Source: an uncultured Bacteriovoracaceae bacterium (GTDB lineage Bacteria > Bdellovibrionota > UBA2428). Taken from it: 64,000 nt of DNA. Numbering within the stretch: the stretch's first letter is position 1; each line of letters begins with the position of its first letter. The stretch lies in contig CAZSSP010000005.1 in NCBI GenBank assembly GCA_964609695.1, forward strand, positions 69,345 through 133,344, read 5' to 3'. Made by a program: the position numbers and the translations under genes. Of the stretch, positions 19,501-28,076 are shown in pieces. The notes below the pieces were generated by a model. It had not been told where the DNA came from. It saw only the letters and a program-made list of their open reading frames with translations, and ran no database searches.

Positions 19501-20464
19501 AAACGATATCTCCGTCCACATTATTGGGATGATACCCATCAATTTTAAAATCTTTTAATTTTAAATTAGCATATAGATTTTTTTTATCAGATCCTTGAGA
19601 GTGATATGTGGCCTCAAGCTTTAAATGACCGCTGGGTTTAAGTTGAGTGTTCCAACCTTTAATCTGAGGAGTGCGCAGTAACCAGCTATCAAAATTTTCA
19701 ACTGGCCCCTCAACCTGAACTTTAATATCACCTGGCCAACGTCCACTCGTTCTCACAAAACTTTCTTCATCAAGATCAACATTGATTTTTCGTATCGCTA
19801 AATAATATTTATCGATACCTTCACTAAGAATTAAAGTGGAGGCTTCTACTCGCTTAATTGTTCCAATTCTTTTTGGAAAATCAATATCATTAACAATCCC
19901 TTGGATTCTTAGCTGACCTCTTTCGAGATTCTGGATATAAAATGATTCGATATTGGCTTTAAGATCAGAAGCAAGAATTCTAGCGTTCTTAAGTTCCAAC
20001 TCTTCGTAACTTATATTTCTCTTTTTTAGTATCTCATTTGCCTTGATTACAAAATTTGCAATTTTTCCAGGAATGAGTTCAGGATCATTTTTAGTGTCAT
20101 CCTTATCGTCCCAGTTTATTCCAATACGACCTAATAGATCCACATCTTCAACATAAAGTCCTTTCAAGTGAAGATCGCCTAGCATGAGATAAAGAGGCGA
20201 AAATTGAAATTGAACTTCTTCAGCGGCAATATTTTGAGACTCTAAACTTAATTTAACTTTTTTAAATGAAACCGCAAAACGAAACGGAGACACGCTCCAA
20301 TCATTGGTTTCGACTCTTAAACCAGTACGAATACGTAAAACTTTTAAAGAAAAATTTAAAAGCATGCGAGAGACCACGGGATCTTGCAAAAATGCGAGAC
20401 TTAAAACCAGAGGTAGGCTTAAGCTCAAAGCTATGATGAAAAATCTATGCCTATAATAGAACAT
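16523..20464 (-). CDS. tamB: Translocation and assembly module protein TamB-like (AsmA-like family, DUF490 C-terminus)
   Basis: 1313 aa. Single N-terminal TM segment (FFIIALSLSLPLVLSLAFL). Long beta-rich body. C-terminus ..GVWESPEPEAQSMGADIRFKFDLK resembles the TamB/DUF490 end. Adjacent to an Omp85 gene. Confidence 0.72.
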   Translation of the reverse strand: MFYYRHRFFIIALSLSLPLVLSLAFLQDPVVSRMLLNFSLKVLRIRTGLRVETNDWSVSPFRFAVSFKKVKLSLESQNIAAEEVQFQFSPLYLMLGDLHLKGLYVEDVDLLGRIGINWDDKDDTKNDPELIPGKIANFVIKANEILKKRNISYEELELKNARILASDLKANIESFYIQNLERGQLRIQGIVNDIDFPKRIGTIKRVEASTLILSEGIDKYYLAIRKINVDLDEESFVRTSGRWPGDIKVQVEGPVENFDSWLLRTPQIKGWNTQLKPSGHLKLEATYHSQGSDKKNLYANLKLKDFKIDGYHPNNVDGDIVWENDSVLLKHFKIELPRTNWEPASIKNTILLDGTKIAGGKVSGQLKAEDAGLCGILRASSVEECYVKLQVNGVLDFQGPLENFEIIGQSHLNLSAFDVFSDPKMYKLEAASKVLRGNSAKLEGQVRIHAKDLFLENMKLVWNENVEIPLTGKVIYNPTILDIQATPKDTDLSEVLEDFVGIKIAGRLNARADIHYDYSQEPKKRTLVNADLAINGMSVLEQDLGKLTGLLKYENKILHIGPLRLDQGGGKAHILGQLYSRPGVGGWMKLDTLFDQYEWQFKLDPETIPVHGFWSGSLEMNGALDMSSPQRLKGPMMLTGRNLKSFGLAFNSARLIAETYVNKLLIKEMLVFKEEGSFSMSGDLNPDKSQLHFELHPIKIKSLNLIPNVEKIFDYGFASGSGNWSTFGGWDFNASLSQLKIDKLSLAPIQVSAKGNGKDLQFQMKSSKHEGLFQSEKKGEEWQLKKVHLKAEEEGLSILFAMINDSQRNDELISRGLITYDWSESGGQISTDNLGLTLKSDRLERPLVWLAGKQNLSWNNHEATGELRSQNGSLFVLDSKNCSHCIRVHGDLNSNLVDTFVPDLLRFHSGSFKINGNLSLPLNDRSLNLNAEMEKVGFSIKNVGQPVENARGLIKMNGEKLEISQAEGSMGSGRAEFQGTYRWLSKDRGIYLNFQLQKAQVALLNEFPMTLDGNLLLAGPKLPYTLKGNLAVSNGLYAKEFSGGGMTYGIGQVQSPSLIFDIKAEVNNTFLVKNSLASTQVFGSLLISGSDVNPLFVGNLNIDKGFLYARDQTFSISRGTANFQRSLVPNMALQASTNIRYNNGDYRIDLLASGSASDLKLDFKSEPPLPTQDIISLLAFGFIRSDLERNDLSSGTSSEGGGLIQSAGFEAFQAVFGQKIGSNVSKTTGFQVSLGTKINNTAQDPVTKVEVTRKLGKKTTATFGRSLNLSKPENNFQVDYKLYKNMNLTGVWESPEPEAQSMGADIRFKFDLK

Positions 20465-20479
20465 GGTCTAAGCTTTATT

Positions 20480-20956
20480 CTATTCTCTGACGAGCCTAAG
20501 TGCGACGTCAGAATAGTGTGGATTTTTTCTGTAAACAGCGTCAAATCTTTGAGCCGCTTCAAGACGCAATCCTAAAGCTTCATAAGCCAAACCAGACAAA
20601 TAGTTGACGTGAATTTGTTCTTCTAAACTCCAGTGATGCGCTCTCGCCATAGCGAGTGCTTCTGAAGATCTATTCAACTCAACCAAACAACGCAACTCCC
20701 ACAACTTCATAGGACCAGATACTGGTGATACTGTTTGTAATTTTTGTAATATTTCGAATGCCAATACCCAATCGCCAAAACTACCTGCAAATAAAGAAAG
20801 ATCTAAAGCCAACTGCTTAAATTGATCTGAAGGAATTTTTTTCCATTCAGAAAACAATGCACCTAATACAGAATTTTTACCAAAACGATCATCTATGGCC
20901 AGTTCAAGATCTTTTACGAGTTTATCGAGAAGCTCTTGAAGATTTCCGTCGTCCAT
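20480..20956 (-). CDS. Hypothetical protein, TPR-like helical repeats
   Basis: 158 aa. Its start overlaps the accC stop by 1 nt. C-terminal YLSGLAYEALGLRLEAAQRFDAVYRKNPHY is TPR-like. Confidence 0.55.
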   Translation of the reverse strand: MDDGNLQELLDKLVKDLELAIDDRFGKNSVLGALFSEWKKIPSDQFKQLALDLSLFAGSFGDWVLAFEILQKLQTVSPVSGPMKLWELRCLVELNRSSEALAMARAHHWSLEEQIHVNYLSGLAYEALGLRLEAAQRFDAVYRKNPHYSDVALRLVRE

Positions 20957-22290
20957 TAAGCCAACAACTCATCTTCAATCCACTTAGTCCAAAAATTTGC
21001 TTCGGGAAAATTTTTTGTTCCTAAGATTTTCTTATGTAGGGGAATATTTGTTTTAATTCCTTCGATTGTAAATTCACCCAAAGCACGTAGCATAGTCTTT
21101 TGTGCTTCTTGACGATTGGCCCCAAAGGTTACCAATTTACCAATCATAGAATCATAAAACGGTGGAACCATCCCTCCCGCATAAGCCGCAGTATCCACTC
21201 TCACATTACGACCGCCAGGAAGAATCAATTCTTTAATAGTTCCTGGACAAGGCACAAATGTGAATGGATCTTCTGCATTGATTCTACATTCAATAGAATG
21301 CCCTTTTATAACAATATCCTCTTGTTTAAAGGGGAGCTTTTCTCCACGAGCCACATTGATTTGTTCTTTGACTAAATCAAGCCCAGTCACATACTCAGTT
21401 ACGGGATGCTCTACTTGTATTCTCGTATTCATTTCCATGAAATAAAAATTCATTTTTTCATCGACAATAAATTCGATAGTTCCGAGTCCTTCGTACTCTA
21501 CAGCCTTTGCCACTTCGCAAGCGGCTTGGCCCATTCTCTTTCTCAAGTCTTCAGTCATTACAGGTGATGGAGCTTCTTCAATAACTTTTTGATGTCGTCG
21601 TTGCAAAGTGCATTCTCTTTCACCGAGATAAACAACGTTTCCATGTGAATCTGCAATGATTTGAATTTCAATATGTCTCGGACGAGCTACATATTTTTCT
21701 AGAAAAACTTCTGAAGAGGCAAAAGCTGTTTGAGACTCACTTCGTGCAGAGTGATATGTTTTTTCCAATTCTTTAGGATCCCAAACAACACGCATTCCTC
21801 GTCCGCCACCACCGTGGCTGGCTTTGATGAGAACTGGAAAACCAATTCGATCCGCTTCAGAAAACAATGTTTTTACATCTTGAATTGCAGGAGTTCCGGG
21901 CAATACGGGCACTCCAGCCTTTTCAACAATCTCACGAGCCCCTACTTTAGAACCCATTTTTTTTATACTAGTTGATTTTGGACCAATAAATTTAATTCCA
22001 CATCGCTCTACCACTGCTGCAAATTCACTATTTTCACTGAGAAATCCATAACCCGGATGAATGGCATCAGCACCCGTGAGTTCACATGCCGACATTATTG
22101 AAACAATATTTAAATAGGAATCTTTAGGCCTATTTCCACCAATACACACACTTTCATCGGCACTTCGAACATGCATAGAATGAGCGTCGCACTCACTATG
22201 AACAGCCACAGTGTGCAAACCCATTTCACGTGCAGTACGTATAATTCTAAGAGCGATTTCCCCTCTATTGGCTATTAGTATTTTTTTCAT
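20956..22290 (-). CDS. accC: Acetyl-CoA carboxylase biotin carboxylase subunit
   Basis: 444 aa. MKKILIANRGEIALRIIR, ATP-grasp motif GGGGRGMR, EMNTRIQVEHPVTE. Confidence 0.97.
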   Translation of the reverse strand: MKKILIANRGEIALRIIRTAREMGLHTVAVHSECDAHSMHVRSADESVCIGGNRPKDSYLNIVSIMSACELTGADAIHPGYGFLSENSEFAAVVERCGIKFIGPKSTSIKKMGSKVGAREIVEKAGVPVLPGTPAIQDVKTLFSEADRIGFPVLIKASHGGGGRGMRVVWDPKELEKTYHSARSESQTAFASSEVFLEKYVARPRHIEIQIIADSHGNVVYLGERECTLQRRHQKVIEEAPSPVMTEDLRKRMGQAACEVAKAVEYEGLGTIEFIVDEKMNFYFMEMNTRIQVEHPVTEYVTGLDLVKEQINVARGEKLPFKQEDIVIKGHSIECRINAEDPFTFVPCPGTIKELILPGGRNVRVDTAAYAGGMVPPFYDSMIGKLVTFGANRQEAQKTMLRALGEFTIEGIKTNIPLHKKILGTKNFPEANFWTKWIEDELLA

Positions 22291-22829
22291 AGTGGTTCTA
22301 TTTCAAACAATGATTCGCCATATTCTACAGGAGTCGCGTTATCGATAAGTACTTTAACCACGCGTCCTTTGAGATCACTTTCAATTTCATTCATCAATTT
22401 CATGGCTTCAATAATGCATAAAGCATCACCAGATTTTACAATTTGCCCCACCTCAACAAAGGGTTTTTGGTTGGGACTTGAGGAACGATAAAAAGTTCCA
22501 ACGAAAGGAGATTTTATCGTTACTGTTTTCACTTGATTGACGGGAGCTGCAGGCGCCTGAGTTGGAAGCTTAGCACTTGGAGTCGCCTTAGCCGTAGTTG
22601 TCAGTGCCGCGACAACTGAAGCGTCGATTACGGGCGCTTTGTCTCCTTCAAATTTTCTCATATGAAGAATTGTAGAAGACACCTCAACCTTGAGTTCCGC
22701 TAATTTTTGTTCATTCATGAATGAGACAAGGTTTTCAAGAAGTGCAAAATCTACAGGAGATTTTGCGGTTGAAAGTTTTTTTTCTACTTTTTTGGTCTTA
22801 GTTGTTTTCTTATTTATTGACTTTTTCAA
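22287..22829 (-). CDS. accB: Acetyl-CoA carboxylase biotin carboxyl carrier protein
   Basis: Biotinylation motif CIIEAMKLMNEIE. The track start is TTG 22853. I prefer TTG 22829, which is preceded by GGGGGA. Either start overlaps the efp 3' end. The stop overlaps the accC ATG (ATGA). Confidence 0.9.
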   Translation of the reverse strand: MKKSINKKTTKTKKVEKKLSTAKSPVDFALLENLVSFMNEQKLAELKVEVSSTILHMRKFEGDKAPVIDASVVAALTTTAKATPSAKLPTQAPAAPVNQVKTVTIKSPFVGTFYRSSSPNQKPFVEVGQIVKSGDALCIIEAMKLMNEIESDLKGRVVKVLIDNATPVEYGESLFEIEPL

Positions 22830-23373
22830 CGTAGTCCCCCGTACGCGTATCAATTTTGAGAATGTCCCCTTCTTTGAGGTGCAAAGGAACAGTCACAACG
22901 TGGCCGCCCTCTAGTGTTGCAGGCTTAGAAGCTCCAGTAGCCGTATCGCCTTTAAAACCTGGCTCACAATAAACAATAGGAAGTTCCACAAAAGTAGGCA
23001 ATTCAATATTTATGGGTTTTTCATTAAAGAAAAGAACTCCCGCAGTGATATTTTCTTTTAAGAAGGGCAATTGTTCACCCACTAATTTTACTTCAAGCGC
23101 AATCTGCTCATAATTTGTAGTGTCCATAAAATGGAGCATGCTTCCATCAGAAAAAAGGAATTGCATTTCTTTATACTCCATATTGGGTTCATCAAATTTT
23201 TCATTGGATTTAAAAGTTCTTTCGAGTTGCTGACCTGTTTGCAAATTTTTTAATCGGCATCTAGTGAAAGCATTACCCTTACCTGGCTTTACGTGTTGAA
23301 AATCGACTACGGTGTAGGGGGCGCTATCGATCAAGATTTTGGAATTCTTACGGATATCATTAATTTCAATCAT
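22810..23373 (-). CDS. efp: Elongation factor P
   Basis: 187 aa. FQHVKPGKGNAFTRCRLKNLQTGQ loop; OB-fold domains. Confidence 0.95.
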   Translation of the reverse strand: MIEINDIRKNSKILIDSAPYTVVDFQHVKPGKGNAFTRCRLKNLQTGQQLERTFKSNEKFDEPNMEYKEMQFLFSDGSMLHFMDTTNYEQIALEVKLVGEQLPFLKENITAGVLFFNEKPINIELPTFVELPIVYCEPGFKGDTATGASKPATLEGGHVVTVPLHLKEGDILKIDTRTGDYVEKVNK

Positions 23374-23427
23374 AACGGGCCAAAATCTAGCAGCCCCAGG
23401 GCCATTTTGAAACCCTCAAATAGACTT

Positions 23428-23946
23428 TCAGGGCTCTAAAGACTGAATCAAGGCTTCTAAGAGTTGCTTCTCTTTTAGGAGCTTAGAGAGCTCCTTATTA
23501 TCCTTTAGCGAAAGGCTAGAAGGACCCTTTAAAACGGCAATAAGCTGTGGATCGCCAGCAATATCGGGTGCCATAGCCTTAAGAGCATCCAATTCTTTTT
23601 GCGCCCTTTGAAGCTGGCCTAAAGCGGCCAAGACTCTTATAAAAATTTTCCTTGCTAATAGGTTGTCGGGATAGAAATTAACTACGGCCTCAATCTCAGT
23701 TAAAGCCTCATCCCATTCCCCTTTATCGAGCAATATATTGGCATAAGCCACTCGGCCGCCGGCATAATAGGGATGACGCCCGATACCTTCACGGCAAACA
23801 TTTTCAGCCTCATCAAGCTTACCCATTCTTCTATAGAGATCAGCCAAAGGAGCAAAAACTCTAGAGTCAGGGTTTTCCTGATAAATTCTCAAATAACGAT
23901 CAAGCTCAGCCGTATCAACTTCTTCGACCACGCCTCTTCCTCTCAC
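23428..23946 (-). CDS. Tetratricopeptide repeat protein
   Basis: 172 aa. TPR units such as LADLYRRMGKLDEAENVCREGIGRHPYY and AYANILLDKGEWDEALTEIEAVVNFYPDN. The exact start is uncertain because it overlaps the upstream ORF. Confidence 0.7.
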   Translation of the reverse strand: MRGRGVVEEVDTAELDRYLRIYQENPDSRVFAPLADLYRRMGKLDEAENVCREGIGRHPYYAGGRVAYANILLDKGEWDEALTEIEAVVNFYPDNLLARKIFIRVLAALGQLQRAQKELDALKAMAPDIAGDPQLIAVLKGPSSLSLKDNKELSKLLKEKQLLEALIQSLEP

Positions 23947-24232
23947 CCTCTAGGGTTTCTTGAAGATTTTTTTTCACTTGAAGAATCGTTGCTTCAGCAC
24001 ATTCACGAAGCTTTTTAGCTTCGACAATCCACTTTTCTTTTTGAGCTTGAAATTGGGGATTAGACACTATTTTCTCATGAACCTCTTGTCTAAACTTAAT
24101 AACTTCCTGAACACCAACTTGAGTCGCCTGTTCCACGACATCAAAAATCTTCTGCTTATCAAAGGATTCTAGATCTTTAACCTTTTGAGTGACTTTCTTT
24201 TTAATAGAATCAAGCGTCTTCATAATTTTCAT
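23915..24232 (-). CDS. Hypothetical coiled-coil protein
   Basis: 105 aa, Lys/Glu/Gln-rich helical sequence. No motif recognised. Confidence 0.45.
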   Translation of the reverse strand: MKIMKTLDSIKKKVTQKVKDLESFDKQKIFDVVEQATQVGVQEVIKFRQEVHEKIVSNPQFQAQKEKWIVEAKKLRECAEATILQVKKNLQETLEGERKRRGRRS

Positions 24233-24276
24233 TCTAATTCCCTATAAAATTTAAGAAAAGACTCACTGACGTTTTA

Positions 24277-24765
24277 TTATTGAATCTGACAATCGCCCGT
24301 AGCCGAGCCCAAGGAGTAAAGTTGATAAACTTCACTCTTTCCATCGTCATAGGTTAAAGTCATTTTTGTGTTTTCGCACTGACCCGAAAAAGTATATCGA
24401 ACGCCATCATCACCACCAGAATGATTTGTTGTTGGATTGACTCCTTGTATGTAAGACAAGTTCACTTCCCTCTGAGCCACATCGTGTTCGTATAGGCCTT
24501 TGTATAAGGCGGCTCCACCAACCTTATTAGTGACTTGCGTGAGACAAACTCCCGATCCAGGCTCAAAAATCATGACTTTAAAAGTGTACTCCAACTGATC
24601 TGCAGATTTACCGGGCTCTAAATACTTCCACTTATTGAGAATGCTATAAGTGCTCGACCCATTACAATTACCTTGCTGACTCAAAGTCTGGTTTTTATTG
24701 CTACAAGATTGATTAAAGAAAACTAAACTTGCCAAAACTAAGTAATAGCCTAAGTGCCGACTCAT
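24277..24765 (-). CDS. Hypothetical lipoprotein
   Basis: 162 aa. Signal peptide with lipobox-like FFNQSCS. Confidence 0.55.
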   Translation of the reverse strand: MSRHLGYYLVLASLVFFNQSCSNKNQTLSQQGNCNGSSTYSILNKWKYLEPGKSADQLEYTFKVMIFEPGSGVCLTQVTNKVGGAALYKGLYEHDVAQREVNLSYIQGVNPTTNHSGGDDGVRYTFSGQCENTKMTLTYDDGKSEVYQLYSLGSATGDCQIQ

Positions 24766-25004
24766 ACTAGGGATTATCGCCCATTAAGAGTCGATTAAAA
24801 AATCAAGTTACTGTTAAGGCAAAAACCAAATATATTCATGCACTTATGTTGTATTTTACGTTAACATTTCTACCCCGTTTTTTAGCTATCTAAAGAAACG
24901 AATCCCTCTATTTATTAATCAACAATTCCAAATCTAGAAAATTATTTTGAAAAGCGCCTTGAAGTTAATGCAATGGATCATTTTTCAGACTATGTTGCAC
25001 GTCC

Positions 25005-25823
25005 ATGTTTAGCTTCAGACATTTAATTTTTACTTTAATAATATTTTCATTTTCCACAGTGGCACAAATTCTCCCTATACAAAGTGGTCGAGTCGACATT
25101 TTTAAAAGTTCAGCAGCTATTCACAAAAATACACTCGAATATTTAATCATCTCCATCGATCAAAGAATCAAAGCCATAGGTCGAGTGTCCACAGCGGATT
25201 ATGCTCACAGTACAAGTGCTCAACGTTGGGAAATCGTAGGTATTCACAAAAAAAACAAATCCAAAAAGCATGGCAACTCCCCAATGCCCTATTCCTTCAT
25301 GCTCTCTGACTGGGGTGCTCACGACTATAATGGAACTTGTTTTCATGGCACTTACGATTATGGTTATGGCAGCTTTGGTTATAGAGCCTCTCATGGATGC
25401 ATTCGCTTGTGCACAGAAGAAGTCTCTAGCTCAAAAAAAATGTACGACGCCGCTGGATTGCATCGCCTAGTTTGGAAGTACCTCAATCCACTTGATTTAG
25501 ATCAAATCGCACACCCCAGCTCTGGTTGGTTTAAAGAAGATACCGATGGATGCGAAGCCTATGCGCTAGATGAGCTCAATGAAAGAGTTCGCATTTACAC
25601 TCACGACAAAAACTCTCTGGCCAAAAAAGAAGGTTGGAAAGAACTTTTTGAAGAGCTCTATTCTAAAGAACTCATTCTTGAAGCCGTGGGAGACAAGCGT
25701 GGAAATCCCAAAACAAGTTATAAAGAATATATTTGGGAAAATCTCGACGTCGAAACTCAACAAAGAGTGCAACTCAATCCTAACGTACTCAACGCGCTCG
25801 ATGCTTTAGAATTAAAAAAATAA
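25005..25823 (+). CDS. L,D-transpeptidase (YkuD) family protein
   Basis: 272 aa with a signal peptide. Catalytic motif FHGTYDYGYGSFGYRASHGCIRLCTEE (HG..SHGCIRL). Confidence 0.7.
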   Translation: MFSFRHLIFTLIIFSFSTVAQILPIQSGRVDIFKSSAAIHKNTLEYLIISIDQRIKAIGRVSTADYAHSTSAQRWEIVGIHKKNKSKKHGNSPMPYSFMLSDWGAHDYNGTCFHGTYDYGYGSFGYRASHGCIRLCTEEVSSSKKMYDAAGLHRLVWKYLNPLDLDQIAHPSSGWFKEDTDGCEAYALDELNERVRIYTHDKNSLAKKEGWKELFEELYSKELILEAVGDKRGNPKTSYKEYIWENLDVETQQRVQLNPNVLNALDALELKK

Positions 25824-25846
25824 ATTCAAAATTTTTAATTTAAAAC

Positions 25847-25880
25847 ATTGTAGCCTTGAGTAAAAACTCAAGGCTACAAT
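25847..25880. terminator. Bidirectional hairpin terminator between convergent genes
   Basis: attgtagccttgag-taaaaa-ctcaaggctacaat. 14-bp perfect stem, T-rich flanks on both strands. Confidence 0.65.
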
Positions 25881-25909
25881 TTCAATCTCACAGAGTGAAA
25901 CCCAATCGA

Positions 25910-27268
25910 TTAACGACTCGAACCACCTTCATTGCGAAGCATGTGATAAACGTTTAATCGTCCACTTGAAGCAATCTTGTCTTTATAAACTTGCATCTTA
26001 TCCGAAGATTTCATCAATCTTTCACGAACAGCCTTAGGACTCAATGATGGCTCTTGTGAAAGCAATAAGGCCACGGCTCCACTCACGTGTGGCGTTGCCA
26101 TAGATGTTCCACTCAAACTTTGATAGCCACCGCCCGGCTTAGTAGAATAAATATTCTCTCCGGGCGCCATGATGTGCACCATTTTCTTCCCGTAATTTGA
26201 GAATGAAGACATTTGATCTTTATTGTTAGAAGACGCCACAGAAATCATATTATCAACATCATAATTTGCAGGGAAACTAGCTTTAGTGTCGTTGTTAGAT
26301 GATTCATTACCAGCAGCCGCAACAAATACGATTCCCGCCTGACTCGCCTTAACAATGGCTTCTTTTAAAATGTCGGAGGATCCGCCACCGCCCCATGAAT
26401 TGCTCATAATGTTAGCGCCATGCTCTCGCGCCCAATCAATACCTTTAACGGCATCACTCAGTGCGCCTGAACCTCGAGAATCCAAAAATTTAATAGCCAT
26501 AATGCTCGCACGCCAAGCCACACCAACAACGCCCACACCATTATTTCCAACAGCACCGATAGTTCCCGAAACGTGAGTTCCGTGACCATTGTCGTCCTTT
26601 GGATCAAAAGTATTTTTTATGGCGTTGTAACCAATGATGTCTTGGTTGTTAGGGCCTCTTCCATGCCAAAGATTATCTTTAAGATCAGGATGTGTGTAAT
26701 CCACACCTGTGTCTATTACAGCAACAACCACTCGATCACCTGATGTGCGAATTTTCCAGGCCTTTGAAGCCGCAGAATCTACGCCCTTAAAACCCGCTGT
26801 GCCAGCAGAATCTTTTTGTGCAATATTTCGCATACCCCACAACTGTCCAAAACTTGGATCGTTGGGAACTATAGAGGGAAGTCCGTCATCAGCAGGCGCA
26901 TTTGGAACTGGATTTCCACCTCCTGGATTAGAACCTCCTGCCAATGTGTAATACAAATAATTGGGCTCAACTTTTTTTGCGCCAGGAATTAAATTCACGA
27001 GTCTTGAAAGAGTTTCGCGAACGCTCAAAGCAGAATCTGTATATTGAAAACGAATGAGATCTCGGGATTTTCCAAGAAATTCTTTTACAACAACACCGTT
27101 TTCTCTAGCTTTTGCAGTCAGATCTCCCAAAGCATTTATTCGTTGAGTGTCGAGAACCGCCACGTACTCTCCAGGTATTCTATCGGGTCGAGACTGTCGG
27201 CTCCCGATTTCTGCCATAATTGGCAAGGTTGCCGCTACGGCAACAAAAATTATTATTTTATTTTTCAT
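25910..27268 (-). CDS. S8 family (subtilisin-like) secreted serine peptidase
   Basis: 452 aa with a signal peptide. Catalytic triad contexts VAVIDTGVDYTHPDL, HGTHVSGTIGA and GTSMATPHVSGAVALL. Confidence 0.95.
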   Translation of the reverse strand: MKNKIIIFVAVAATLPIMAEIGSRQSRPDRIPGEYVAVLDTQRINALGDLTAKARENGVVVKEFLGKSRDLIRFQYTDSALSVRETLSRLVNLIPGAKKVEPNYLYYTLAGGSNPGGGNPVPNAPADDGLPSIVPNDPSFGQLWGMRNIAQKDSAGTAGFKGVDSAASKAWKIRTSGDRVVVAVIDTGVDYTHPDLKDNLWHGRGPNNQDIIGYNAIKNTFDPKDDNGHGTHVSGTIGAVGNNGVGVVGVAWRASIMAIKFLDSRGSGALSDAVKGIDWAREHGANIMSNSWGGGGSSDILKEAIVKASQAGIVFVAAAGNESSNNDTKASFPANYDVDNMISVASSNNKDQMSSFSNYGKKMVHIMAPGENIYSTKPGGGYQSLSGTSMATPHVSGAVALLLSQEPSLSPKAVRERLMKSSDKMQVYKDKIASSGRLNVYHMLRNEGGSSR

Positions 27269-27457
27269 GGACTCCCCCTCGTGATGCTTCAGTTTATTAA
27301 AATCACAAATGCGGAGTTTAAAATTGTTAATGGCAAAAATGGATTTTAAGAAAAATTAATGTCAATTCTTTGGATAATTCTTTATTTAGAATTTTAATTC
27401 TGACTGCCAAATTTCTATGGCTATGACTCTCATGAGTTTAGATTAAAATTATAGGCA

Positions 27458-28051
27458 ATGAATTGGCTTCAGAGCTTTTCTCAAGTGTTTTTGCCTCTTT
27501 TTGTAGCCATAGATGTGATCGCACTCGTTCCAATTTTTTTAACTCTCACAGAAAATCTTAACAAACGTGAACGCTCAAAGCTCATTCACGAAGCTTGTTT
27601 AACGGTACTGCTCACATCAATAGTCTTTTTATGGACTGGGCGCGGACTTTTTAGTTTATTAGGTATCACCTCTGGAGATTTTAAAGTGGGCGGCGGTTTA
27701 CTGCTTCTTTTAATTTCTATTAACAATCTTATGAAGGGAGAAGAGGCCAGTCGCAGAAACTCCAACGATCAAATTGGCGTCGTCCCCATAGGAATACCAC
27801 TGATTTTAGGACCCGCGGCGCTCACCACACTTCTCATCAGTTCAGAATCCGTTGGTTTTAGCGTCAGCCTCGCTGCACTTCTCGTAAACGTTTTAATCGT
27901 ATGGATCACACTGCAATACTCTTCAATCTTTTTGAGAATTTTTGGAACTGGTGGGACCAAAGCTGTGGCCAAAATTGCTGCATTATTTTTGACAGCTATC
28001 GCTGTTCACATGATTCGCATGGGCCTCAATGAGCTAGGCATTATTCACTGA
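27458..28051 (+). CDS. MarC family (UPF0056) integral membrane protein
   Basis: 197 aa, about 6 TM segments. N-terminus FLPLFVAIDVIALVPIFLTLTENL resembles the MarC family start. Confidence 0.7.
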   Translation: MNWLQSFSQVFLPLFVAIDVIALVPIFLTLTENLNKRERSKLIHEACLTVLLTSIVFLWTGRGLFSLLGITSGDFKVGGGLLLLLISINNLMKGEEASRRNSNDQIGVVPIGIPLILGPAALTTLLISSESVGFSVSLAALLVNVLIVWITLQYSSIFLRIFGTGGTKAVAKIAALFLTAIAVHMIRMGLNELGIIH

Positions 28052-28076
28052 AGTATTATTTTAAATATTAAATAAT

